Below, piece after piece: positions 17,778 through 28,326 of a DNA stretch of 64,000 nt. Source of the stretch: Sediminibacterium sp. (GTDB lineage: Bacteria > Bacteroidota > Bacteroidia > Chitinophagales > Chitinophagaceae); assembly GCA_044341045.1 (NCBI GenBank), contig JBIISK010000003.1, forward strand, positions 6,268 to 70,267, given 5' to 3'. The notes beneath the pieces were generated by a model, which searched no databases, was not told the origin of the DNA, and saw only the letters and a program-made list of their open reading frames with translations. How positions within the stretch are numbered: position 1 is the stretch's first letter; every line of letters begins with the position of its first letter. The position numbers and the translations under genes were made by a program.

Positions 17778-18335
17778 ATGCATCAGAAAAATCCTTGGAC
17801 CATAAAAAATAGCAAACCCATTTACCAAAATGCGTGGATTGATGTCACTGAATTTGAAGTGCTTAATCCGGCTGGTAATCCGGGTATTTATGGTAAGGTT
17901 CATTTTAAAAATATTGCGGTAGGTGTTGTGCCTATTACGCCAGATATGCATACCTATTTGGTAGGGCAGTTCCGCTTTACGTTAGATGCATATAGTTGGG
18001 AAATTCCGGAAGGGGGCTGTCCGGAGTTTACTGATCCGCTGCAGGCAGCTATTAGGGAGTTAAAAGAAGAAACAGGACTTGTAGCTGTAAAGTATAAGGA
18101 GCTGATGCGCATTCATTTATCCAATTCTGTTTCCGATGAACTTGCTATTATTTATTTGGCAATGGAGTTAACGCAGCAGGATGCAGCACCTGAAGAAACG
18201 GAAGCTTTACAAATTAAAAAAGTATCTTTATCGGACGCTTTTGGCATGGTAGCAGACGGAACAATTACCGATGCCATGAGTGTGGCTGCACTTACTAAAA
18301 TAGAGTTATTACAAGTACAGGGGCTTCTTATCTAA
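17778..18335 (+). CDS. NUDIX hydrolase (ADP-ribose pyrophosphatase-like); start refined to 17778
   Basis: LVGQFRFT, WEIPEGG...AAIRELKEETG Nudix box (first conserved Glu appears replaced by Thr), GTITDAMS. Confidence 0.88.
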   Translation: MHQKNPWTIKNSKPIYQNAWIDVTEFEVLNPAGNPGIYGKVHFKNIAVGVVPITPDMHTYLVGQFRFTLDAYSWEIPEGGCPEFTDPLQAAIRELKEETGLVAVKYKELMRIHLSNSVSDELAIIYLAMELTQQDAAPEETEALQIKKVSLSDAFGMVADGTITDAMSVAALTKIELLQVQGLLI

Positions 18336-18346
18336 TTTAATTTCAA

Positions 18347-19096
18347 ATGGCAATCAAACAATCGACATTAATTATTGGACGTCAACCACTTGTAGAAGCA
18401 TTACAGTCGGGGCGGTCTATCGATAAAATCTTATTTCAAAAAAATATTTCTGGCGAAGCCATTTTGCAAATTAGGCAGTTGGCACGTGAATACAATGCAC
18501 CCATTCAACTCGTGCCGCCCGAAAAATTAAATGGCTTAACAAAAGCCAATCATCAGGGCGTGGTTGCCATTGCGGGTCTTGTGCAATATTTAGATTTACA
18601 ACAAGTAATTGATCATGTGGTAGAAAAAGGAGAGGCGCCATTATTTGTTATGTTAGATGGCATTACAGATGTACGCAATATTGGAGCCATTGCAAGAAGT
18701 GCACTCTGTTGTGGTGCACAGGCGCTCATTATTCCGGACAAGGGTGTTGGTGCCCTGAATGCGGAGGCTGTTAAAAGTAGTGCAGGTGCACTTGAGCATA
18801 TTCATGTATGCCGTGTTAATAGTTTAATTAAGGCAGTTGATACCCTGCATTTAAATGGCATACAAGTATATACTTCCGAGATGCGCGCCGATAAAAAAAT
18901 ATATGAGCTTGCTTTAACGGATCCATGTTGTGTGATTATGGGTGACGAAGGAAAAGGTGTGCAACCATATTTGGCAAAAGCGGCAGATGCTTTTTTTACC
19001 ATTCCTATGGCCGGCACTTTTGATTCTTTTAATGTGGGTGTTGCTACAGGTATTGTATTATATGAAGCCATGAAACAGCGTTTATTACAAGCATAA
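18347..19096 (+). CDS. rlmB: 23S rRNA Gm2251 2'-O-methyltransferase (SPOUT)
   Basis: IIGRQPLVEAL, NHQGVVA, LDGITDVRNIGAIARS, MGDEGKG, IPMAGTFDSFNV. Confidence 0.92.
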   Translation: MAIKQSTLIIGRQPLVEALQSGRSIDKILFQKNISGEAILQIRQLAREYNAPIQLVPPEKLNGLTKANHQGVVAIAGLVQYLDLQQVIDHVVEKGEAPLFVMLDGITDVRNIGAIARSALCCGAQALIIPDKGVGALNAEAVKSSAGALEHIHVCRVNSLIKAVDTLHLNGIQVYTSEMRADKKIYELALTDPCCVIMGDEGKGVQPYLAKAADAFFTIPMAGTFDSFNVGVATGIVLYEAMKQRLLQA

Positions 19097-19106
19097 TATT
19101 TACTGT

Positions 19107-20111
19107 ATGAAGTTTCATTGTGAATTTGATATACCGGCACTTCAAAGTCCTATTGGGCATAGGAGTCATACGCTCATGATTGGCTCTTGCTTCACAGAAA
19201 ATATGGGTGAAAAATTAGCGAAACATTTGTTTCATGTATTGGAAAACCCAAATGGTGTTTTATTTAATCCAGTCTCTGTTGCAGAAGCAATCACTCAATA
19301 TATCGACGCGACAACTTTTACGAACAACGATTTATTTTATTTTAACGAAGCATGGCATTCTTGGAAACACCATAGTAGGTTTTCAGGTACTACACCAGAA
19401 GAAGCACTCGGTAAAATAAATGAAGCTAACGGAGCTGCACACACGTTTTTAAAAAAAGCGTCACACTTATTTATTACACTCGGATCTGCGTGGGTATATC
19501 AGTTAACAGATGAGGCCACTGGGTATGCGCCTAATTTTGTTGCAGCCAATAACCATAAAGCACCGGCTAGTTGGTTTACAAAAAAATTATTAACGCCATC
19601 AGATATTGAGGCGATCTATAGCCCACTTGTTGCACGCTTACGAAATTTAAATCCAGGGTTACAAATTATTTATACCATTAGTCCGGTGCGTCATGTACGC
19701 GAAGGCATGGTAGAAAACAATAGGAGTAAGGCCGCTTTAATTCAGGCGGTTCATAGCCTTGTGGCAAGCGATGCCAACAGTTATTATTTTCCAGCCTATG
19801 AAATTGTAATTGACGATTTACGCGATTACCGTTTTTATAGCGAGGATATGGTGCACCCTAATTACCATGCCACCGAGTATGTGTGGGAAAAGTTTTTACA
19901 AGCCTGTACCACGCCTGAAACAAAAAATATCATCAAAGAAGTTGCTGCTATCAATTTAGCAGTTACACACAAGCCTTTTTTTGTGCATTCCAATCAGCAC
20001 CAACAATTTTTGCAAAAAACAGTACAAAAAATTGAAATGTTGTGTGCGCAGTATCCTTATTTGGATTGTTCTAAACAACTTGAATTGGTAAAGGCACAAT
20101 TGCTTACTTAA
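19107..20111 (+). CDS. GSCFA domain-containing protein (SGNH-like)
   Basis: IGSCFTEN, NPNGVLFNP, ITLGSAW, ISPVRH, YFPAYEI, DDLRDYRFY..DMVHP. Confidence 0.92.
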   Translation: MKFHCEFDIPALQSPIGHRSHTLMIGSCFTENMGEKLAKHLFHVLENPNGVLFNPVSVAEAITQYIDATTFTNNDLFYFNEAWHSWKHHSRFSGTTPEEALGKINEANGAAHTFLKKASHLFITLGSAWVYQLTDEATGYAPNFVAANNHKAPASWFTKKLLTPSDIEAIYSPLVARLRNLNPGLQIIYTISPVRHVREGMVENNRSKAALIQAVHSLVASDANSYYFPAYEIVIDDLRDYRFYSEDMVHPNYHATEYVWEKFLQACTTPETKNIIKEVAAINLAVTHKPFFVHSNQHQQFLQKTVQKIEMLCAQYPYLDCSKQLELVKAQLLT

Positions 20112-20116
20112 TTTAT

Positions 20117-20725
20117 TTAGTGGATACGGTCGCCTCTAATTTCCATCGACTCCATCACTTCTTTTTCGTAAGCCAGCCATTCACTCCAGCGGTCCAGGGT
20201 TTTTTCTTTACCAAAGTATAAGGTAGCAAGGTCTATAAATAAAGTGTAATGCCCCGCTTCACTTTCCATAAAACGTCTATAAAACTTTTTTAGGTAGTCA
20301 TCGGAAAGGCCCTCACTAAGTCTCTTAAACCGCTCGCAACTTCTGGCTTCTACAAGAGCCATCATAAGCAATTGATCTAGTAGGCGTGTAGGTTCGTCAC
20401 CCCCTTTTTTTTGAAATGCAATCAGTGCATTGACGTATAAATCTTTACGCTGTTTGCCTAATTGTAAACCTCTTTTGTGTAACTCCTGTAACACCAATCT
20501 AAAATGCCCCCATTCTTCGGTAACAATGGGTGCTAATTCTTTTACAAGTTCTACGCGGTCCGAATAACGCTGAATATAAGAGATGCAGGTAAGCGCTGCT
20601 TTTTGCTCGCAATAGGCATGATCCGTTAAAATGGCTTCAATGCTAATGGCTGCAAGGTCTACCCAGCGAGGATCGGTGGGGAGTTGAAGCCCTAATATGT
20701 TTTTAGTGTCTGTAGACAATTCCAT
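20117..20725 (-). CDS. miaE: tRNA-(ms2io6A37) hydroxylase; start refined to 20725
   Basis: LQLPTDPRW; diiron ligand motifs DHAYCEQKAA, EEWGHF, EARSCERF, SEAGHY. Confidence 0.93.
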   Translation of the reverse strand: MELSTDTKNILGLQLPTDPRWVDLAAISIEAILTDHAYCEQKAALTCISYIQRYSDRVELVKELAPIVTEEWGHFRLVLQELHKRGLQLGKQRKDLYVNALIAFQKKGGDEPTRLLDQLLMMALVEARSCERFKRLSEGLSDDYLKKFYRRFMESEAGHYTLFIDLATLYFGKEKTLDRWSEWLAYEKEVMESMEIRGDRIH

Positions 20726-20809
20726 GTGCAAATATCCGGCTTGTTATTCAATTATAAAAACCTTTATTACCCCAAAAAAAATCTTAATTTCAGTCCTTAA
20801 TTGATTGTT

Positions 20810-23272
20810 ATGCGTATAGTTCCATTTATTATTTCTGCCGCCCTTACTACTGGATTAGTGGTGGTGCTCAATACCCCTTTGTCTGTGGGTAAAACCAAAA
20901 CGCCAAGGCTTGGTTATTTCTTATCACCACAGCAAGGGTTTTGGCAAAACGCCGAACCGGAAAATAAATCTTTCGATGCATATATTGTAGTAGATGGATT
21001 GCAGGATAAAGTGGAAGTACTCATGGATGAAAGATTGGTACCGCATATTTATGCAAACAATGATAACGATGCATATTATACACAAGGATTTTTACATGCA
21101 AAATTTAGACTCTGGCAAATGGAGTTTCAAACCTATGTTGCAGCTGGTAGGTTAAGTGAAATTGTTGGACCAGATCGTATTGCCACAGATCGTTTTTTTA
21201 GAAGACTAGGCATGTTGGAAGGCGCAGAAGCCACCATGAAAAAAATGGCCAACAATCCAGCTTTGCAAGCAGCGGTTACGTCTTATGCAAATGGAGTGAA
21301 TGCGTATATCAAATCGTTGCAGCCTTCTCAAATTCCATTTGAATATAAATTACTCGATTATAAACCAGAAGCATGGACACCTATTAAAACCTATTTGTTT
21401 TTAATGTTCATGTCATATGATTTAACAGGCCGTGGCACCACCATAGATCTTCAAATGACCAATTCAAAAAATTATTTTGGTTACGAAGACTTTAATAAAT
21501 TATATACCAATGTTCAGGATTCATTAGATCCAATTATTCCTAAAGGAACGTTGTATGAAAAAGCTTCTGTTGCTGCGTTAGCGCCGGCTTCACTAGACTC
21601 TTTGTATTTTGCAAAAACAAATTCTGTAGTGCCTAATGCGCCAGAAGCCCCTAATAAAAACAATGGTTCTAATAACTGGGCCATCGCTGGAACAAAAACA
21701 AAAAGCGGTAAGCCTATTTTAGCAAGTGATCCGCACCTTGGTTTAAACTTGCCTTCGCTTTGGTATGAAGTGCAAATTACAACGCCAACCCATAGTACCT
21801 ATGGTGCTAGTTTCCCTGGATCTCCGGCCGTTATCATTGGCTTTAATGATAGTATTGCCTGGGGTGTGACCAATGCAGGAAGAGATGTACTAGACTATTA
21901 CGATATCAAGTTTAAAGATTCTACCATGGGAGAGTATTGGTTTAATGGTGCATGGCAAAAATCAGTAATTAAAGAAGAGCGCATTAAAATAAAAGGGCAG
22001 CCTGATTCAATTGATCGAGTTGCCATTACTGCAATGGGTCCCGTGATGTATGATAAAAGTTACAATGCCAATGGTTCTGATGGAAAATACCTTGCAGTAA
22101 GATGGACGGCTCATGATGGTAGTAGCGGGCTTCAAACTTTTTATGAATTAAATAGAGCTAAAAATTTTGATGATTATCTGAGTGCTATTAATAACTGGAC
22201 TTGTCCTGGACAAAATTTCGCGTTCGCGAGTGTAAGTGGTGATATTGCTATTAAACAGCAAGGGGCTTTTGTAGCGAGGTGGAATAGACAAGGAGATTTT
22301 ATCATGCCAGGGCAAGACAGTAGTTATTTGTGGCAAGGCATGATACCAGCTTCTGAAAATCCGATGATGAAAAATCCGGAGCGTGGTTTTGTAAGTAGTG
22401 CCAACCAAATGTCTACCGATAGTACCTACCCGTATTATTTAGGAGCAGCCAATGCATTTCCATTATACCGTGGCATTATCATCAATAAAAAGTTGAATGC
22501 CATGTTTGGAGTTACACCACTCGATGTGCAGGCGCTTCAAACCAATAACGATAATATTTTTGCAGAGATGGCTAGGCCTGCCATTTTTAAATTTTTAAAT
22601 GAGTCTAGTTTAAATGCCGACGAAAAAAAATATGTTGGTTATTTACGAACTTGGAATTTGCGCAATGATATTAATGAAAAAGGAGCTTCTGTTTTTAAAG
22701 CAATATGGGATAGTTTAGAAGTAGCGGTTTGGGCCGATGAATTTAAAAGTGCAGCACTGCCTTTACAATGGCCAGACGAGTCTACACTGCTTGAACAAAT
22801 GTTAAAGGATTCTGTCGTTTTATTTCAAGACAATATTGCTACACCAAATGTTAAGGAAACAATGGTTGATGCGGTAACTGAGGCCATTAAAAAAGCCACG
22901 CCGCAATTAGCGCAAATGGAAAAAGAAGGAACGCTTGCATGGGGCGCTTACAAAGACACGCGTGTAAATCACTTACTAAAAATACCATCACTTAGCAGGC
23001 TACATCTACCAATAGGAGGTGGTGTGCATATTATTAATGCAACTACCGGTAACCATGGTCCAAGTTGGCGCATGATTGTGCACCTAGTAGATGGTATAGA
23101 AGCGTATGGTGTTTATCCGGGTGGTCAAAATGGAAATCCGGGCAGTAAATATTATGACAGCTTTATTGATAGTTGGGCTGCTGGTAAATATTACCGCCTT
23201 TTATTTTTATCTAAAGAAGCGGCTAAACAAAATAGTCAAATCAAATGGCGTTTAACCTTTACAAACTCTTAA
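20810..23272 (+). CDS. Penicillin acylase family (S45) Ntn-hydrolase; ATG 20810 preferred over TTG 20801
   Basis: QGFLHAKFRLWQM, G-SNNWAIAG (beta-subunit N-terminal Ser), SDPHL, WGVTN, FVSSANQ, GGQNGNPGS.YYD. Confidence 0.93.
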   Translation: MRIVPFIISAALTTGLVVVLNTPLSVGKTKTPRLGYFLSPQQGFWQNAEPENKSFDAYIVVDGLQDKVEVLMDERLVPHIYANNDNDAYYTQGFLHAKFRLWQMEFQTYVAAGRLSEIVGPDRIATDRFFRRLGMLEGAEATMKKMANNPALQAAVTSYANGVNAYIKSLQPSQIPFEYKLLDYKPEAWTPIKTYLFLMFMSYDLTGRGTTIDLQMTNSKNYFGYEDFNKLYTNVQDSLDPIIPKGTLYEKASVAALAPASLDSLYFAKTNSVVPNAPEAPNKNNGSNNWAIAGTKTKSGKPILASDPHLGLNLPSLWYEVQITTPTHSTYGASFPGSPAVIIGFNDSIAWGVTNAGRDVLDYYDIKFKDSTMGEYWFNGAWQKSVIKEERIKIKGQPDSIDRVAITAMGPVMYDKSYNANGSDGKYLAVRWTAHDGSSGLQTFYELNRAKNFDDYLSAINNWTCPGQNFAFASVSGDIAIKQQGAFVARWNRQGDFIMPGQDSSYLWQGMIPASENPMMKNPERGFVSSANQMSTDSTYPYYLGAANAFPLYRGIIINKKLNAMFGVTPLDVQALQTNNDNIFAEMARPAIFKFLNESSLNADEKKYVGYLRTWNLRNDINEKGASVFKAIWDSLEVAVWADEFKSAALPLQWPDESTLLEQMLKDSVVLFQDNIATPNVKETMVDAVTEAIKKATPQLAQMEKEGTLAWGAYKDTRVNHLLKIPSLSRLHLPIGGGVHIINATTGNHGPSWRMIVHLVDGIEAYGVYPGGQNGNPGSKYYDSFIDSWAAGKYYRLLFLSKEAAKQNSQIKWRLTFTNS

Positions 23273-23282
23273 TCTAATTTTT

Positions 23283-23639
23283 ATGAAATTTATAGTGGCA
23301 ATTTTATTACACGCTTTTTTAGCTTTTGCTGTAGGGTTATATAGTCAGTTTCCATGGTGGCTTTTTGTGGGCACATCTGGTATCGTGGCTTTTTTTATTA
23401 TGGATTCGCCAGCTAAAAGTTTTTTCGCAGGATTTTTAGGCGTGGGTGCTTTGTGGGCAGGTTTAGCTACCGGCAAAGATTTGGCTAATGCGCACTTGCT
23501 TTCTAGTAAAGTGGCACAAATACTGCCGCTGGGTGGTTCTTATATCGCGCTTATCATCCTTACAGGAGTTGTGGGTGGGCTCTTGGGCGGTTTTGCGGCC
23601 TTAACTGGCGCATTTATGCGGAGTAAATCTACCAAGTAA
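23283..23639 (+). CDS. Hypothetical four-TM membrane protein, co-transcribed with the S45 acylase
   Basis: 118 aa, almost entirely hydrophobic; PWW motif; GxxGGxxGG at the C-terminus; 10-nt gap from the acylase. Confidence 0.8.
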   Translation: MKFIVAILLHAFLAFAVGLYSQFPWWLFVGTSGIVAFFIMDSPAKSFFAGFLGVGALWAGLATGKDLANAHLLSSKVAQILPLGGSYIALIILTGVVGGLLGGFAALTGAFMRSKSTK

Positions 23640-23661
23640 ACATTAATTTTTACCATTTAAC

Positions 23662-23706
23662 AAATAGGTAGCTTCTATTCATGAGAAGCTACCTATTTTT
23701 GTTTTT
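23662..23706 (+). terminator. Intrinsic terminator (perfect 15-bp stem) whose right arm and T tract overlap the next gene's -7 element
   Basis: AAATAGGTAGCTTCT-ATTCATG-AGAAGCTACCTATTT then TTGTTTTT; TATTTTTG at 23694-23701. Confidence 0.85.
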
Positions 23707-26175
23707 ATGCGTCTTTATTGTTATTTGTTGATGGTATCATTGGTATTGTTTTGTGGAAATACTCTGTTTGCACAAACAGTTGTAACGGGTTCAATTACCG
23801 ATGGTTCGGGTAAAAAACTGGCACATGCATCCGTTTTAATTAAGGGTACTACTAGGGGTGTAACCGCTAATGCCGACGCAAAATTTTCATTGTCACTGAG
23901 CGCAGGTTCATACACCATTGTTTGTAATTATGTTGGCTTTGAAGCGGTAGAAAAGAAAATAAAAATTGCGCCGGGTCAGGACACGATTTCGTTACCCTTT
24001 GTATTAACCAAACAAGTATACTTATTAAATGATGTAGTGGTCAATTCAAAAGGAGAAGATCCTGCATATGCCATTATCAGAAAAGCGATTAAAAAAAGGC
24101 CTGATTATTTAAATGAGATTAAAAAGTTTAGTGCCGAAGTATATATTAAGGGACAACTGGTTTTAAATGATTATCCAAAATCATTTTTTGGAAAGTCTTT
24201 AACGCCGGGAAATTTTGATACAGTTAAAAACCGCATTCTATTTTTATCTGAAACAATATCTGATTATTACGTAGACGTTCCTAACAAAGAACGCATTGAG
24301 GTTAAGTCTTCTAAAGTGAGTGGCAGAAGTAGTGGCTTTGGACTCAGTAATCCGCAAATCATTTCTTTTTATCAAAACAATATTGCCCTAGGTAATGGCC
24401 TTAACCCGCGTGGGTTTGTTTCACCTATTGCAGATGGAGCTCTTGCATTCTATAATTATAAATTCGAAGGCACTTTTTACGAAAACGGTATCGAAATAAG
24501 TAGGATACGTGTATTACCTAAACGAAAGTACGAGCCACTTTTTTCAGGCATCATTAATATTATCGAAAACGATTGGCGCATTCATAGCGTTCAGCTTAAT
24601 TTATTAAAAGAACAGCAGTTGCAACTCCTCGATACCCTTTTAATTGAGCAATTGTATGTCCCAACTAAACAAGGTTGGGTGATCAAAAATCAAGTCATTT
24701 ATCCGCGCGGCAAGTTTTTTGGATTTGCTTTTTCAGGAAGCTTTGTACAAGTTTATGATCAATTTAATTTAGCACCTAGTTATGGCAAAAAGTTTTTTGG
24801 GAATACGTATTTGAAATACCTAGATAGTTCTAATAAAAAGAGTGCCAAGTATTGGGATAGTATTAGACCTGTTCCCTTAGCCAAAGAAGAAGTTAAGGAT
24901 TATGCAAAAAAAGACAGTCTAGAAAAAATCAGACTAGATCCTAAATACTTAGATTCGGTAGACAGAGTACGTAATAAATTTAAGCTGAATGGTTTTTTAT
25001 TAACCGGTCAAACCATCAATAAGCAAAGTAAAAAAATACGGATTCAATTTGATGGACTACTTGGTTCTATAAATTACAATACCGTCGAAGGATATAATGC
25101 TAGTTTTTCACCACGTTGGACAAAGCGTTATACAGGCCGAAAAAGCTTATCCGTCGAGCCTTTACTGCGTTATGGATTTACCAATACCAGGTTACAACCT
25201 TCCGCTACGGTTAGGTATAATTTTGGAAAAAAATATTTCAATAATATTGGCGTAGGTTTTGGAAGAAAACTGTATCAATTTAATAATGATATAGCCATTC
25301 CAGAGTCTCAAAATACCATTCAAACCATTTTATATGAACGAAATTTCTTAAAATTATATGAGGCTGCGTTTGTTAATCTAGGTTATGGCGCAGGACTAGG
25401 TGGCGGATTAAATTTTAGAGCTAATTTTCAATTTCAGAATAGATTGGCTTTACCTAATTTAAATAAGCCGCTTGTTTTTGTGGATCATATCAACAGGAGT
25501 TATACGCCCAATACACCAGCGCCTGCTTCTGCCGCTAATTTTGAGCAGCATCAAGCTTCCACATTTACAGGCGTATTAACTTGGCAGCCTGGCGGAAAAT
25601 ACATTGAGCTTCCAGACCAAAAAATTGGGATTGGTTCCAAAGCGCCAACTTTTACACTTACCTATAAAAAAGGGATTCCAAATTTATTAGGTAGTGATGT
25701 TGATTATACAAAATGGTCTTTGAATGTTTCTGATAATCTACCGCTTGGATTGGGAGGTACTTTTCAATACCGGGCAACTGCGGGAGGTTTTATAAATACC
25801 AACAAATTATATGCTCCCGATTTGCAGCATTATTTTGGTAACCAAGCCTATGTTTCAATTGAATATTTAAAAGGGTTTCAGTTACTGCCTTATTACCAGT
25901 TTAGCAACCAGGCTAATTTTTACACAACGGTTTTTGCTGAGTATCATTTAAATGGTCTTATCACAAATAAAATTCCGGGCTTTAGAAAACTAAATTGGTT
26001 TTTGGTAGGTGGGGTAAGCTATTTACACGTAAACAATATGGTTGACTACACCGAGTCTATTATTGGTATCGAAAATATTTTTAAAGTAATACGCGTAGAC
26101 CTTATCAATGGGTTTCAACAAGGGGAACCGGTAAGAACTGGGGTTCGAGTTAAGGTTCCGATCGTGTTTAAATAA
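23707..26175 (+). CDS. DUF5686 / carboxypeptidase-regulatory-like domain outer-membrane protein
   Basis: Signal peptide; CarboxypepD_reg-like GSITDG..LAHASV.IKGT.RG; DPAYAIIRKAIKKR; FLSETIS; YNTVEG; beta-rich C-terminus. Confidence 0.82.
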   Translation: MRLYCYLLMVSLVLFCGNTLFAQTVVTGSITDGSGKKLAHASVLIKGTTRGVTANADAKFSLSLSAGSYTIVCNYVGFEAVEKKIKIAPGQDTISLPFVLTKQVYLLNDVVVNSKGEDPAYAIIRKAIKKRPDYLNEIKKFSAEVYIKGQLVLNDYPKSFFGKSLTPGNFDTVKNRILFLSETISDYYVDVPNKERIEVKSSKVSGRSSGFGLSNPQIISFYQNNIALGNGLNPRGFVSPIADGALAFYNYKFEGTFYENGIEISRIRVLPKRKYEPLFSGIINIIENDWRIHSVQLNLLKEQQLQLLDTLLIEQLYVPTKQGWVIKNQVIYPRGKFFGFAFSGSFVQVYDQFNLAPSYGKKFFGNTYLKYLDSSNKKSAKYWDSIRPVPLAKEEVKDYAKKDSLEKIRLDPKYLDSVDRVRNKFKLNGFLLTGQTINKQSKKIRIQFDGLLGSINYNTVEGYNASFSPRWTKRYTGRKSLSVEPLLRYGFTNTRLQPSATVRYNFGKKYFNNIGVGFGRKLYQFNNDIAIPESQNTIQTILYERNFLKLYEAAFVNLGYGAGLGGGLNFRANFQFQNRLALPNLNKPLVFVDHINRSYTPNTPAPASAANFEQHQASTFTGVLTWQPGGKYIELPDQKIGIGSKAPTFTLTYKKGIPNLLGSDVDYTKWSLNVSDNLPLGLGGTFQYRATAGGFINTNKLYAPDLQHYFGNQAYVSIEYLKGFQLLPYYQFSNQANFYTTVFAEYHLNGLITNKIPGFRKLNWFLVGGVSYLHVNNMVDYTESIIGIENIFKVIRVDLINGFQQGEPVRTGVRVKVPIVFK

Positions 26176-26196
26176 TTTACCTATTTTTGCTGTACC

Positions 26197-27237
26197 ATGG
26201 CAGTTCTACACAACCGCGTCTCCAACGAGGAGTTAAAGGCGCTTATGATGGCGGAAACTTTTCACCGCGTTACCGTTAGTTTTTATGCCTATTTCCCGGT
26301 ACAAAATCCGGCCGTTTTTAGAGACGAGTTATACAAAGCGTTATTTCCATTACAAATATTTGGCAGAATTTATGTTGCCAACGAAGGCATCAATGCGCAA
26401 ATAAGTGTACCAGATTTTAATTTTGAAAAATGCAAAGAACATCTTTACTCGATTGAGCATTTGCAAGGACTTCGACTAAACATTGCAGTAGATGATGATG
26501 GCAAAAGTTTTTGGGTACTGAAAATTAAAGTGCGCGATAAAATTGTTGCAGATGGCATAACGGATCCAACATTTTCTATGGAAAATAAAGGTAAGTATGT
26601 GAACGCTGTCCAAATGAATGAACTACTTCAAAAACCGGATACCATTGTTATTGATATGCGCAATCATTACGAATATGAAGTTGGACATTTTAAGGATGCT
26701 ATCGAAATTCCTTCAGATACGTTTAGGGAGCAATTGCCGATGGCTGCTGATATGATGAAGGGGAATGAAGAAAAAAATATCATCATGTACTGCACCGGTG
26801 GTATTAGATGTGAAAAGGCTAGTGCCTATATGTTACACCAAGGGTTTAAAAATGTATATCATGTAGAAGGGGGTATTATCAATTATGCGCATCAAGCAGA
26901 AGAGGCAGGTATCGAAAAAAAATTTATTGGGAAAAACTTTGTATTTGATAAACGTTTAGGGGAAAGGATTACAGAAGATATTATTTCAAAATGTCATCAG
27001 TGCGGGAAACCTGCCGATACGCATACCAATTGTTTAAATGACGGATGTCACTTACTCTTTATTCAATGCGAAAACTGTGCGGCAAACTTTGAGGGCTGTT
27101 GTAGTAAAGGTTGTCAAGACACCATTCATTTACCTCTTGAACGACAAAAAGAATTACGCAAGGGCATACAAAATGGGCAACACATTTTTAATAAGAGTAA
27201 AAGGCTTCGTCCAAGACTCAGTGAGCCTGAAGATTAG
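26197..27237 (+). CDS. trhO: Oxygen-dependent tRNA U34 hydroxylase (YceA/rhodanese family)
   Basis: [64 protein letters not shown], Cys-rich C-terminus. Confidence 0.92.
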   Translation: MAVLHNRVSNEELKALMMAETFHRVTVSFYAYFPVQNPAVFRDELYKALFPLQIFGRIYVANEGINAQISVPDFNFEKCKEHLYSIEHLQGLRLNIAVDDDGKSFWVLKIKVRDKIVADGITDPTFSMENKGKYVNAVQMNELLQKPDTIVIDMRNHYEYEVGHFKDAIEIPSDTFREQLPMAADMMKGNEEKNIIMYCTGGIRCEKASAYMLHQGFKNVYHVEGGIINYAHQAEEAGIEKKFIGKNFVFDKRLGERITEDIISKCHQCGKPADTHTNCLNDGCHLLFIQCENCAANFEGCCSKGCQDTIHLPLERQKELRKGIQNGQHIFNKSKRLRPRLSEPED

Positions 27238-27246
27238 GCTGCCAAT

Positions 27247-28179
27247 TTAATCGTTACAAAATTTTGCAAAGGAAGCGGTGGTCGCCGTCATGATTTCTTC
27301 ATCTGAAAATGTAGTTGGTACAAATGCTTTACCCGTTACTTTTTCATATAGTTCAATGTAACGCTTACTAATGGTGTCAATCCAATCGTCAGACATTTCA
27401 GGAACGGTTTGCCCTTCTTTGCCCATAAAATTATTTTGGATCAACCATTCGCGCACAAACTCTTTGCTGAGTTGTTTTTGTTTTTCGCCAGAAGCTTGTC
27501 TGTCTTCAAAGCCATCTGCATAAAAATATCGAGACGAATCGGGGGTATGCACTTCATCCATTAAATAGATGGTGTCGCCTATTTTGCCAAACTCATATTT
27601 AGTATCAGCCAAAATAAGCCCCTGCTTACCCGCTATTTCTTTGCCTCTATTAAACAGGGCAAGCGCATATTTTTCTAATATGGCCCAATCCTCAGCACTA
27701 ACTAGTCCGGTAGCAATAATGTCTTCTTTGGAAATATCCTCATCATGACCTTCAGATGCCTTGGTTGAAGGGGTAATAATTGGGCTTGGGAAAAAATCAT
27801 TTTCTTTTAAACCTTCAGGTAAACTTACGCCACAAAGCGATCTTGCTCCAGATGCATAAGTCCTGTAGGCGTGACCCACCAAATTGCCCCTTACCACCAT
27901 TTCTATCTTAAAAGGGGTACATTTTTTGCCCACCGATACTGTTGGAGCAGGCGCATCGAGTAGCCAATTTGGGCAAATGTCTTGGGTTTGACAGAGCATA
28001 AATTCTGCTATCTGATTGAGCACCTGACCTTTATAAGGTATTGTTTTTGGTAATATTACATCAAATGCAGAGATCCGATCACTTGCAACCATAATTAACC
28101 AGTCGGTGCCAATGGTGTATACATCTCTTACTTTTCCATGGTAAATGGCTGTCTGATAGGGGAATTGAAGGCTTTGCAT
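27247..28179 (-). CDS. purC: SAICAR synthetase; start refined to 28179
   Basis: [60 protein letters not shown]. Confidence 0.97.
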   Translation of the reverse strand: MQSLQFPYQTAIYHGKVRDVYTIGTDWLIMVASDRISAFDVILPKTIPYKGQVLNQIAEFMLCQTQDICPNWLLDAPAPTVSVGKKCTPFKIEMVVRGNLVGHAYRTYASGARSLCGVSLPEGLKENDFFPSPIITPSTKASEGHDEDISKEDIIATGLVSAEDWAILEKYALALFNRGKEIAGKQGLILADTKYEFGKIGDTIYLMDEVHTPDSSRYFYADGFEDRQASGEKQKQLSKEFVREWLIQNNFMGKEGQTVPEMSDDWIDTISKRYIELYEKVTGKAFVPTTFSDEEIMTATTASFAKFCND

Positions 28180-28326
28180 GCCCAAAAATAGCACCTAAAA
28201 CAACAAAAAAGGAGGATTGAATTGGCTTTTTCTCAACACACCCAAAGCCTATTGGGACAAATTAAATTTTTGCAAAAGCTTAACTTGTGCTATTTTGCCC
28301 CCAAATTATAACCAAATTTTGCCAAA

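Noticed and set aside
28180-28326. Cobalamin or TPP riboswitch before the large TBDR, or purine riboswitch before purC
   Set aside because: Short, AT-rich region lacking the conserved cores; only a 10-bp palindrome TTTTGCAAAA (28268-28277) was seen, too short to call.
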